Positions 13,321 to 22,945 of a stretch of DNA of 64,000 nt are shown piece after piece. The stretch spans positions 384,276,001-384,340,000 of the forward strand of contig OZ024741.1 of the NCBI GenBank assembly GCA_964016885.1, given 5' to 3'. The translations under genes and the position numbers were made by a program. Source of the stretch: Eledone cirrhosa (taxonomy: Eukaryota). The notes beneath the pieces are model-generated. The model was not told where the DNA came from. It saw nothing but the letters and a program-made list of their open reading frames with translations, and searched no databases. The stretch's first letter is position 1. Each line of letters begins with the position of its first letter.

Positions 13321-13345
13321 CCAATTGTTACATATTTGACTTAAT

Positions 13346-13387
<42 letters not shown>

Positions 13388-13502
13388 CAAAGGGGTATAT
13401 GTATATAATTAGACATAGTCACAGATACTTATATGCGTTTGGCTACCTTTCACGGTGTGGCTCAATGAAGAATTAATTAAGCAAATAATCATTAATCAGA
13501 GC

Positions 13503-13880
13503 TATATATAAAATTCCGAGTTTTAAGAACTATTAGATAAAATATATACACTATTTCTTCTTCCTAGTCTGTATAAATCAACCACATAAAAAGTTTATGT
13601 GCATTTTTTCTTCTAACTTCTATTTTGTACCTAACTCCGTGTAGTTGATTATTTGTCGAGTCAATTTCTACAGGCTAAAAGAAATAAGTGGATAAACTTT
13701 ATCTGGCTATACATCGCGGAAAATAGTCTGTATCATTTGTCTATTATTTCTTCATAGTTACATTTTAAACTTATAGCCTTGTTTAAATGATTATTTATGG
13801 TTGATTTATACGGACTAGGGAGAGGAAATACTGTATATATTTTATCTAGTAGTTCTTCAAACTTGCAATTTTATATATAT
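13503..13880. mobile_element. Imperfect fold-back (MITE-like) element
   Basis: TATAAAATT...CCTAGTCTGTATAAATCAACCA pairs with TGGTTGATTTATACGGACTAGG...AATTTTATA. Confidence 0.55.
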
Positions 13881-14156
13881 ATAACGAAGGAGTTGTGGTA
13901 AGGAACCAGGTGGACCATAACGCACCAGAGTACTCAATACTTAGTGTAGTAGAGTGGGTAATAAGAAAAAGTATGACCCCGACGGCAGAGCTCAAGCCTT
14001 TTCGACGGTAATATGTATATATATATATACATATTCATTTAGTGGGTAATATGTATATATATATACATATTCATTTGATTTTTTAATTGAAAAATTATTT
14101 TCTGTTCAATGAGAATTTATTTTTATATGCCACTAATTCTACTTTGTAAACAAGTA

Positions 14157-14250
14157 GTATTAATAGTAGTGGTATAGTGGTTGTGATAGTATTAATAGTA
14201 GTGGTATAGTGGTTGTGATAATATTAATAGTAGTGGTATAGTGGTTGTGA

Positions 14251-14286
<36 letters not shown>
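14157..14286. repeat. 30-bp minisatellite x3 grading into (TAG)n
   Basis: TATTAATAGTAGTGGTATAGTGGTTGTGATA repeated. Confidence 0.85.
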
Positions 14287-14287
<1 letters not shown>

Positions 14288-14339
14288 CGGTAAAATATCA
14301 TAACATAGTTTAAAGTTCGTCCCTTTTTTAATATGGGAG

Positions 14340-14680
14340 ATGACTACATTCAATTTTATTGACCCCCAGTACTGATATTTATTTCATCTACATCAGAAGG
14401 ATAAAAAGTAAAATCAACCTCGTTGGGAGTTGAACGCAGGGTTTTAAAACGACGGAATATGAAATTAGAACGTGGTTAAATAAGAACTTTATATGGCCTA
14501 CCGATACTGCCACACTTATCCAAATAATAATAGTTTCTAATTTTGGCAAAGAGCCAGAAATTTCGTGGGAGGGGGAAGCAAAGTTGACTATATCAACCCC
14601 ATACTTGACTGGTACTTTATATTATCGACCTCGGATGTATGAAAGGCAAAGTTGACCTCGGCAGAATTTGAACTCAGAAG
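14340..14680 (-). mobile_element. Two adjacent tRNA-derived SINE fragments (octopus-type)
   Basis: Reverse B box (GAATTTGAACTC) and the shared body ATGAAAGGCAAAGTTGACCTCGGC...GACTGGTACTT, also seen at 15555, 37560, 38612, 40835 and 41300. Confidence 0.65.
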
Positions 14681-14779
14681 GTAAATAGCCGGCGTCAGGT
14701 CGTAAATAGCCGGCGTCAGGTCGTAAATAGCCGGCGTCAGGTCGTAAATCGCCGGAAGAAGAAGAAGAAGAAGAAGAAG
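14681..14779. repeat. 21-bp tandem repeat x3.5 followed by (GAA)n
   Basis: GTAAATAGCCGGCGTCAGGTC repeated. Confidence 0.9.
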
Positions 14780-15554
14780 TGAAATGTCCAAAAAGCTTGA
14801 CACCTCAATAGTATTTGTAGATGACAAATGTTCTTTTAAAGTTTAGTAGACATCGTTGAAATAGTACTTCTCTAAGTAAGGAGTTAATAGGACGATAACA
14901 TCCGGATATTTTCATGATATTTTGTTAGCTCAGACTCCCATTAGAGAATTAATTAAAATATTACATGAAATGCCATAAATATTATATGAATTTTTATTAC
15001 ACAATAGAGAATCTAATGGGATTAATTTCATGAATATTCCTTTCATCTCGTTTTGTATTCTCAAAAGATCAATATTGAGAGAGAACGGCTGTCTGTTACT
15101 CATCAAATTATTAGATCCTATCGCAATGTGTGCCCTTGGCACCAGCCGAAATTTTAAGAAAAATCAGTCATTGAAACATTTTAGCAATAGACCGCAAAAT
15201 AGCGGTTTCGATTCAGATTAGCCATAGATATTAATGGATCCATCGTCGGTTTCAACGATAGGCATTCAGTCGGCCGACCAACTGGTTCAGTGTTCCATAG
15301 ACACATATCCTTAACGTACTTCTCAGGCAAACTCAACGTAGGACAATATGCGACAAGACTGGACCTTTAAATTACAAGTACAATTCATTCAACATTGTCT
15401 CTACCCATTTTCGCAGGAAAAGCTTAGGTCATCCCAGAGCTATGGTAGAGATACCTGACCAAAATACTTCGCAGTAGAAACCCAGGACTTTATGATTGTC
15501 AAGTGAACTTCTTAATCTTGTGTCTAAATTCCAACTCATTATTGCGGCTAAAAC

Positions 15555-15750
15555 AGGGCGGTGGATAAGCAGGATCAGTAGAGCATCGGACGATATGCTT
15601 TGCAGCATAGAGTTACGTTCTGAGTTCAAAACCAGCCGAGTTTAGCTTTGCCTTCCATCCTTACGAAGTATCAGTAACGCACTGGGCTTGATTTAATCTG
15701 CTTTCCCCTCCCAAAAATTGTTATCCTTGTACCTAAATCAGAAACCATTG
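15555..15750 (+). mobile_element. tRNA-derived SINE
   Basis: B box-like GAGTTCAAAACC at about 15622, followed by CTTTGCCTTCCATCC. Same family as 14535-14680. Confidence 0.6.
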
Positions 15751-16424
15751 TTACGGCTAGAACTCCTTTGATCATAGATATATTCAATTAGGGTTGACCT
15801 GGGATGAAATATAATCACAACGACAACATAGAAAATACGAAATAAGTGTCAGCAGGTTTAGTAGAAATATTGGTGTTGTCTACTGGAAGGCAGAGTGTTT
15901 ATATATGACAGAAATTACCCAGAGATGACATCGGCACGAAAAATATCAGTTTATTATTATTAAAGTACCAGTAATGCACTGGGTAATTGCTGGCCTTGTG
16001 CCTAACGTAGAAACAATTATTATCATACATAGAATATCTTAGGGTTAAATGCGAGTAGGGCATGCGCACAACCTCTTTATGTCATTTCATGTGAGTACAT
16101 AACCTGTATAATGTGGAATCGGGTGGCAAATTGGCTTTTAGAACATCAGGTAGAATGCTTTGTGGTATTCGCTTTTTGTAAATTGCTTGTTTACTATATA
16201 CAAAGCTTTGGGGAGATTCAAAACTGCAATGATCAGGCCAAATGTTATTCTCTGGGTTTCTCTTGAAGCTACCTTGTAACGAAGATCATATCTGGGACTC
16301 GGTTCCTGTCAAAGCCATTCTGTGACTCTCGTGTGAAATTTTCTGATATTGCTTGGACCAACCTTATGAGAATGCCTTTGATCAGGACATTCCTAGCAAT
16401 AGACTAGTAACTATAGTACTATAA

Positions 16425-16640
16425 CCTTATTGTTGGGGCACGCAGGTTTTTCTCCCTTGTGTTTGTGGATGATGGTAATGCTGTCATCAAGTGTTGGGGT
16501 ATACATTCTTGTTTCCCTTTTCTGCAATGTAACGATGAAACACTCTTTTGTAGTGTTAACTATTCTTCTTCAATATCTCTGTTGGAATATTGTCTGGTTC
16601 AAAATCTTTCTTGTCTTTTTTGAGATTTTCATACAACTAC
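16425..16640 (-). pseudogene. Highly decayed RTE-like RT fragment
   Basis: The minus strand gives PDNIPTEILK and ITIIHKHKGEKPAC, resembling the N-terminal part of an RTE RT. Confidence 0.4.
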
Positions 16641-16787
16641 TAAATTTAGCCAATTCGTCAAGATTTTAGCCATCTCACAAGATTTGAATCGAGCCTCACT
16701 CTAAAGAGCTCACCACTGCTTTTTATAGAATATGTAACGAATGATTGTCTAGAGCATCTCTGTGCGCCTTATTCAACAAACAAACAT

Positions 16788-16788
<1 letters not shown>

Positions 16789-16838
<50 letters not shown>

Positions 16839-16840
16839 TA
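16789..16840. repeat. (GATA)n tract at the 3' end of Tx1 copy 1
   Basis: Directly visible. Confidence 0.95.
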
Positions 16841-17077
16841 TTTCTTTATTAGCCACAGGGGCACAAAAGAAGGGGACAAATACAAAGGGGGAAGTTTACA
16901 TACAATAAAAACGTGTAAAATGTTATCACAGATGGAATTTAAAAGTTAGTCGATTTTCCCCAATAGAGGGAGACAGTTTATATGGGTAACACAGACCCCC
17001 GAAAAAAATGTGCAACCCTCATCTCCAGGAGTACGAAGAGCTTGTACTCCTTTCCTCTCCTCCTCCTTTTCCTCAAC

Positions 17078-20000
17078 CTACAGGCTGATATAGAGAGAAG
17101 GCCCATTCACTCGGGCCATTCTCGCCACTTTCACCCACCTTTCATAAAACTTGCTGGGGTACAGCACCTCTCTCTCCATCCTGATTCTTCTTCCAAAGTG
17201 GTATTTGAAAAAAAGAATCAGTTGTTGGCCGGAGAGAAAGGTGTCTGACCTCAGCCCTTTCAACCTTGTCCACCATACAACCTCTTTCGCCATAGCTATC
17301 ACACAAAGGAAAACCGCCTCTCCTTCGTTTTTGAAGGAGGGTGGCGGTTTGATCATGACAATGGACTCGGTGGTCAACTGGATTGGTCCCACCCGCGACA
17401 ATAGTCGTTCTACATAGCCCCACAGGTCAGTGACGCCCGGGCAGTGTATGAATGCGTGCGCGACGGTTTCTTCGTCTCGCACGCACCTCGGACAGATCTT
17501 TTTTGCAGGGTCCCTGCCCGGGCGCCCATGTCTGTAGAGCTTGTCTCGAACTGGTAGAGCTCCTCGGTAGCACTGCCAGGCCAGGGACTTTTGGAAGTTG
17601 TCCATCGGTCCCGGGCGGAAGGTCCTACCGAACAGACTGGCCAGTTCATCTTCCTCCACGCCTAGAGTTTCACCGAGCGCGTCGTCGCACTTGCTGCGGA
17701 CCAACCCTCTATAGAATGACGAAGTGGAGTCTCCACTGATCGCTGGGTCCGCCTGCCAGAGGGCTGTGAGCGCCTGAGCACATTCGATGTGCCAGTCGCC
17801 CATTTTCCTCGGTCTCTGCTTGACCCAGGACTGCAGCTCGGTCAGCGAGACGAGTCGTGGGAAGGCTCGCCTCACGAACGGGGCCCACACCGGTTGTCCG
17901 GTGAGGAATACGTAGAGATGCCGCAGCCTGAGCGCGTGTTTGCGCATCGTCAACCACGGCATCCCCAGCCCTCCGTTAGAAGGGTGTTGGCAGCAGATGG
18001 ATCTTCTTACCAAAGGAGCCCGCCTCTTCCAAGGGAATCGGAAGAGGGCGCGCTCCATTTTGGCGAGCGTTTTGGCTGGACAAGGCACGACGGTCAAGCG
18101 GTAGTAGATGGCGGACGCTATAAAAGTGTTCGCCACCTCCGCTCGACCTTTCAAGGATAGTTTGCACTCGGCCCACTTCTGGGTGAGTGCAAACACCTTG
18201 GCCGTCACTTCGTTCCAGTTCTTCTCCACCTGGAGGTCCGGACCAAACCAGACCCCGAGCAGCTTTACCGGTCCTTCCGTCCAGCGTCCGACGACGCCAT
18301 CGGAAGGCATCGGTCTGCCTCTCCACGATCCGAGTTGCAAACCGATGGACTTGTCCCGGTTCAGCTTCGCTCCTGTGAGACTTTCGTATTCCTTTAGTAA
18401 GGTGCCGACTTCCTCGATTTGCGAGGCGCTCGACACCATTACTGTCACGTCGTCGGCGTAGGCCGACGCCGCTTTCCGCAGTCCCGGTTCCAGAGGGATG
18501 CCCTGCAATAGCTCCAGCTTCCGCAGTAGTGGCTCGAGAGTCAGTACGTACAGAAGGGAGGAGAGAGGGCATCCCTGTCGAATGGATCGCGTAATATGGA
18601 ACGGCTCCGAGAGGTAACCGTTCACCTTGACCCTTGAGCAGATGTTGCTGTTGTGCATTGCAGCAATCCAGCCCCTGAACACGGGTCCGAAGCCTGCCGC
18701 CTCGAGCACCGCATCCAGGTAACGATGGTCAACCCTAGCGAAAGCCTTAGACTGATCCAAGTTGATCAGGGCCCCACTGAAGCCGGGTTTACACCCTACC
18801 CTCTCTATGATGTATCGCATGAGGTGGAGGTTGTCGTGTATGGACCTGGTCGGGATCGCGCATGTCTGCGCTTCTCCCACCAGGTTCTCGACGACAAGCG
18901 CCAGCCTCTTTGCCAACACCTTGGCCAAAATCTGTAACTCTGTGTTTAGCAGAGTTATGGGCCGGAAGTTGCCTATGTCATCCCCCTTATTCTCGTCCTT
19001 CCTGATTAGTGTGACCACGCCCCCGGTTACAGAACTGGGAATTCTCCCGTTCTGTTGCCAGTTGCAGTAGACCGCTTCCAGGAGACCGGAGAATAAGTCC
19101 GGCATTGCTACGTAAAATTCGTAGGGTAGACCGTCGAGACCTGGAGATTTGCGTTTGCCGCATTGGCTCAGCGCGTCCCCTATCTCAGTGGCTGAAATCG
19201 GCTTTTCGCAGAACTTCGCCTCACTGTCTGAGAGTCGCGGTAGGCCGTCGAGGTATGGACCGAAATCCATAGCCTCTCCCGGCGCGCCGGTCCCCCCGAA
19301 CAGCCGAGCAAAGTGCCGCTGAAAAGCCGCACACATCTGCTTCGGCTCACGTATCACGCGTCCGTTTTGGTCCTTCAAAGACCGAATCGTGGACTTGTTG
19401 CCACTTTTTGCCTCCGTCACTCGGGCCCAGCTAACAGCTTTGGCTCCCTCGTTTCCCAGAGCACGTATTTTGCTTCTGACAACGCAGCCCTCGTGCTTTG
19501 CGTCGAAGAACTGGTCCAAGGCCGTTCTCGTTGCTAGCACACTGGCTACGTTGCCACTTCTAATTGCCTCTTCTACTTTATCTACCAGTTCCTTCTCGGT
19601 TCTATTTCTATCTAACGCTAATTCTTTACTAAAAACTATCGAGTCTAATCTAACTGCCCTCTTGAGAGAGTACCACCATCTGTTGTTGACAATGGCCCCT
19701 GTCAAGTGCTGTTTAACTAAAGTGCTAATCCGTCTACTGTAGGCTTTGCTTGTCGGTAACGACAAGTTCAGCTTCCAGTAGCCGGGTCCTTGTCTATGGG
19801 TTCTATCAAGGTTGGCCATGCAGGTCACTAGTTTGTGATCTGAATAGGCAACCATGAACATTTGTGGACAGCTTAACATGTCCCTATCCTTATTTCTAAC
19901 TAGAACCCTATCTAGGTACGATCTAGATGTTCCGCTACGATTACTCCACGTCCACATTGGCGCAGTCGGAAAATCTAGTCGATATCTATCGGCCAGGTCA

Positions 20001-20515
20001 AATCGGTCGATTAACTGTTTGAGGCTGTTACACCCCCCTTTATCGGGACATGCTCCCACATAGTCCCAACGTGCATCTAGGATTCCATTCCAGTCCCCCA
20101 CTAAAAGCAAGGAGCGGGACGTTCCCAGAAAAGTCTCTAGACGTTTGAAGAAGTCTGGCCGCGGTGTCCCGGATGGGGCATATGCGGCCACCAGCCTGAA
20201 GGCTCCACCTTCACTACCGTCAACGTCTAGGACCACCAGTCGACCCTCCGGGTCCAGATGTACCGTCTGTGTTACGAGGCCCAGGTGTTTCCGCAGCAAA
20301 ACGGCAACTCCGCCCCCACCCCCCGGTTGACAGAGAGATGCGTAGATTTCAAAGTCATCGAAGATGGGGGCCAGCTGTCGCTCGCCGTGGATCCTGGACT
20401 CGCAAATGGCTACCACATCCAAACTGTGTGACCTGAGGTCGTTTAAGAGTTTGCCCTGTTTCCAGGGCATCCCCAGGCCGCGTACGTTCACACATCCAAC
20501 TCTTATATTGGCCAT
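17078..20515 (-). CDS. ORF2: APE endonuclease + reverse transcriptase + C-terminal Zn knuckle (1145 aa)
   Basis: NVRG, GDWN, SYLD, SDH (APE); PGLDG, FRPITLLN, DQSKAF, QGCPLS, YADD (RT); CPRC-X8-H-X4-C. Confidence 0.95.
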   Translation of the reverse strand: MANIRVGCVNVRGLGMPWKQGKLLNDLRSHSLDVVAICESRIHGERQLAPIFDDFEIYASLCQPGGGGGVAVLLRKHLGLVTQTVHLDPEGRLVVLDVDGSEGGAFRLVAAYAPSGTPRPDFFKRLETFLGTSRSLLLVGDWNGILDARWDYVGACPDKGGCNSLKQLIDRFDLADRYRLDFPTAPMWTWSNRSGTSRSYLDRVLVRNKDRDMLSCPQMFMVAYSDHKLVTCMANLDRTHRQGPGYWKLNLSLPTSKAYSRRISTLVKQHLTGAIVNNRWWYSLKRAVRLDSIVFSKELALDRNRTEKELVDKVEEAIRSGNVASVLATRTALDQFFDAKHEGCVVRSKIRALGNEGAKAVSWARVTEAKSGNKSTIRSLKDQNGRVIREPKQMCAAFQRHFARLFGGTGAPGEAMDFGPYLDGLPRLSDSEAKFCEKPISATEIGDALSQCGKRKSPGLDGLPYEFYVAMPDLFSGLLEAVYCNWQQNGRIPSSVTGGVVTLIRKDENKGDDIGNFRPITLLNTELQILAKVLAKRLALVVENLVGEAQTCAIPTRSIHDNLHLMRYIIERVGCKPGFSGALINLDQSKAFARVDHRYLDAVLEAAGFGPVFRGWIAAMHNSNICSRVKVNGYLSEPFHITRSIRQGCPLSSLLYVLTLEPLLRKLELLQGIPLEPGLRKAASAYADDVTVMVSSASQIEEVGTLLKEYESLTGAKLNRDKSIGLQLGSWRGRPMPSDGVVGRWTEGPVKLLGVWFGPDLQVEKNWNEVTAKVFALTQKWAECKLSLKGRAEVANTFIASAIYYRLTVVPCPAKTLAKMERALFRFPWKRRAPLVRRSICCQHPSNGGLGMPWLTMRKHALRLRHLYVFLTGQPVWAPFVRRAFPRLVSLTELQSWVKQRPRKMGDWHIECAQALTALWQADPAISGDSTSSFYRGLVRSKCDDALGETLGVEEDELASLFGRTFRPGPMDNFQKSLAWQCYRGALPVRDKLYRHGRPGRDPAKKICPRCVRDEETVAHAFIHCPGVTDLWGYVERLLSRVGPIQLTTESIVMIKPPPSFKNEGEAVFLCVIAMAKEVVWWTRLKGLRSDTFLSGQQLILFFKYHFGRRIRMEREVLYPSKFYERWVKVARMARVNGPSLYISL

Positions 20516-20548
20516 GTTGGTGCTGAAAAGTTAAAAGAGGAAAAGAGA

Positions 20549-22465
20549 TCACTCACCCTTCGCCTCCTGGGGACCAGGCCGCACGATTTCCATGGGGGTG
20601 TTGGAGAGGTTGTCTGGATGGGTGGTGGTTTCCGGCGGGGTGGGGACGCAGATGTTTGGTGGGGTGGGGTCTGGTGGAATGGGGGTGTCTGGGGTGGGGA
20701 GGTATTTGAGAAGGACGCGGTTGAGTGGTTTCACGCAGGAATTCCCCACATCCTTCTCAAATGTTTCTTTTAGGGACCTATAAGTTTGTATAGGGACCCT
20801 AATCAGTTTTAGGTTCAGTTTTTTGCTATTTTTTATAGAGTGGGCGAAAGTTTTCCCTTCGGTGAAAACCGAAGGGTCGTTCGTAATGGTCTCCATTAGT
20901 GTTTTGTTTTCAGTGTTTATGTAAGTGTAAGTGTAATTTTCTTGTGTTGTGTTTGTTTTTGTCTGTAGTTCTTGTGTGTGCTTTCGTTTTGTTGTAGGTA
21001 TTTTGTTTTCAGGAGGTGGGGGTTTTGTTTGTGATATTTTTGTTGTTTGTGTTGGTGGTTGTATGTTTGTGGTAGTGTTTGCTGGTTTTTTGCTTTTGTG
21101 ATGTCTTTTCTTTCTTTTCGAGCGATGGGGTTCTCCCTCGTCTTCACTGGGTGATGGCGAGATAGCCTCATCTGTTGTATCGTCTGTGTGATTGGGGAGG
21201 GGTATGTCTTGGGGAGCTGTTGTGTCTGTATGTGATTTTGCAGTGGTTTTAGGTGGAGTGAGGTTGGGTGGGACTGTGTTTGTTGTGGTTATTTTTGTGT
21301 GTTGGTGTTGTTGTTGTAGTGGTGGTGTTGGTGGTTGTGTTGTTTTGATGGGTGTTGGCAGAAGAGCCTTTTTTTGGTTCATTAGTTTAGGACAGGAAGC
21401 CCTCAGGTGACCCCTGCTAAAGCAATGGTAACATGAAGGCCGCCTACCCTCAACCGAAAGGTTTATGTAGGTAAGTCCGTCCAGGAGTACACGCTGTGGG
21501 ATCATAGCTATTCGCTCTGGGCTCATTTGCACCAGAACTTCAATGCTAGTCCCATTGAATACATCTCTGGGGGACTTGCCTACTGACAGTATTCTGTCTT
21601 CATCAAAATTGATGAAGCCGCACAGTATCCACCATATGTTCACCTTTGGTGTGACACTTGTGATTCTGATCTTTTGTGTCCTTTTTCCCATGTATGTAGG
21701 GAAAAAGGTGTACAGGTTGGATACAATTGGCGACACAGAGTAATTTTGGGCCGTCAATTGATCCTTCATCAGTACCGAAATACTCCCAAAAAGTTTGCTT
21801 CTTTGAATGAATGCAATATCATTCATTGAATCTTTGAAAACCAGTTCAATATCTTTCTGTGACAATTGGACTGGTTTTCGGGTAGAATTGGAAACTGTCC
21901 TAAAAACTATCGTTTTGAGAGCAGTTTCCTTGCGAATTTCTACCGGAGAATTGATGCTGAAAGCACCATTTTTTTCGAAGGTGACATATCTCTTAGCGTC
22001 CTTTAAAAGGTGTTCAGCATTTGTTATGTCGAGATATATCAATTGTTCTTTCTTTTGAACTTTCTCCGCAAAGGAGATTTTTGGTTTCTTTGTGGAATCC
22101 GTATTGGTGGTGTTGTCATTATTGTTGTTATTCTTGTTGTTATTCTTGTTGTCACCGATGTTGGTATCATCCGTATTTTCCTTGGTGTTGTTGTTGTCTT
22201 TGATGCTGGTGTTATTGGCGTTGTCTTTATTTTTTTCTTTGTTGTTGTTATCATTGTTGCTTTTATCATCATTATTGGTTTTGCTGTTATTTTTGTTGTC
22301 ATTGAGCTGTTTGGTGTCATTTGTGTTGTTTGGATGTGAATTCGTTTTTTTATTTTCATTTTGTCTTTCCATCTCTATAGTATCTAGTGAAGAAGACGTT
22401 GTTGACTGCGAGCTTTGTAGTCTTACCGCCTCTCCACCACCATTATCGTTGGACGCAGCGTTCAT
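20549..22465 (-). CDS. ORF1: gag-like nucleic-acid-binding protein (638 aa)
   Basis: CYHCFSRGHLRASC zinc knuckle, Asn-rich N-terminus, Pro/Thr-rich C-terminal half; lies directly upstream of ORF2. Confidence 0.9.
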   Translation of the reverse strand: MNAASNDNGGGEAVRLQSSQSTTSSSLDTIEMERQNENKKTNSHPNNTNDTKQLNDNKNNSKTNNDDKSNNDNNNKEKNKDNANNTSIKDNNNTKENTDDTNIGDNKNNNKNNNNNDNTTNTDSTKKPKISFAEKVQKKEQLIYLDITNAEHLLKDAKRYVTFEKNGAFSINSPVEIRKETALKTIVFRTVSNSTRKPVQLSQKDIELVFKDSMNDIAFIQRSKLFGSISVLMKDQLTAQNYSVSPIVSNLYTFFPTYMGKRTQKIRITSVTPKVNIWWILCGFINFDEDRILSVGKSPRDVFNGTSIEVLVQMSPERIAMIPQRVLLDGLTYINLSVEGRRPSCYHCFSRGHLRASCPKLMNQKKALLPTPIKTTQPPTPPLQQQHQHTKITTTNTVPPNLTPPKTTAKSHTDTTAPQDIPLPNHTDDTTDEAISPSPSEDEGEPHRSKRKKRHHKSKKPANTTTNIQPPTQTTKISQTKPPPPENKIPTTKRKHTQELQTKTNTTQENYTYTYINTENKTLMETITNDPSVFTEGKTFAHSIKNSKKLNLKLIRVPIQTYRSLKETFEKDVGNSCVKPLNRVLLKYLPTPDTPIPPDPTPPNICVPTPPETTTHPDNLSNTPMEIVRPGPQEAKGE

Positions 22466-22945
22466 AACGTAATCAAAATTTTACAATATTTTTTCCAAGA
22501 TTCGATGGAGAAAAATTTTTTAAATGGATATTCCGCCCCTGAAGGGGCGAAAATGAGTTGACCCACCACCTGAAGGTCCAGACGGGTGGTCAAGTTACAC
22601 AATGATATAAAATTGAACTAAAAACTCACGTTTTTTCCTTACATAAATTAACGGAAACTTCTCCGCGAAGTGACACACGACTGATAGAGAGATAGATAGA
22701 TAGATATATTTCTTTATTAGCCACAGGGGCACAAAAGAAGGGGACAAATACAAAGGGGGAAGTTTACATACAATAAAAACGTGTAAAATGTTATCACAGA
22801 TGGAATTTAAAAGTTAGTCGATTTTCCCCAATAGAGGGAGACAGTTTATATGGGTAACACAGACCCCCGAAAAAAATGTGCAACCCTCATCTCCAGGAGT
22901 ACGAAGAGCTTGTACTCCTTTCCTCTCCTCCTCCTTTTCCTCAAC

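Larger units (their letters stand above)
16841..22682 (-). mobile_element. Full-length Tx1-like (L1-clade) non-LTR retrotransposon, copy 1
   Basis: 5'UTR, ORF1, ORF2 and a 3'UTR ending AATAAAGAAA. GATA tracts at both ends. Confidence 0.93.

Noticed and set aside
14681-14755. 21-bp direct repeats resembling a CRISPR array
   Set aside because: There are no spacers and no cas genes, and the context is eukaryotic.
17142-20330. Overlapping and antisense ORFs within Tx1 ORF2, repeated in each copy
   Set aside because: They are shadows of a GC-rich coding frame and recur only because the element is repeated. No independent motifs.
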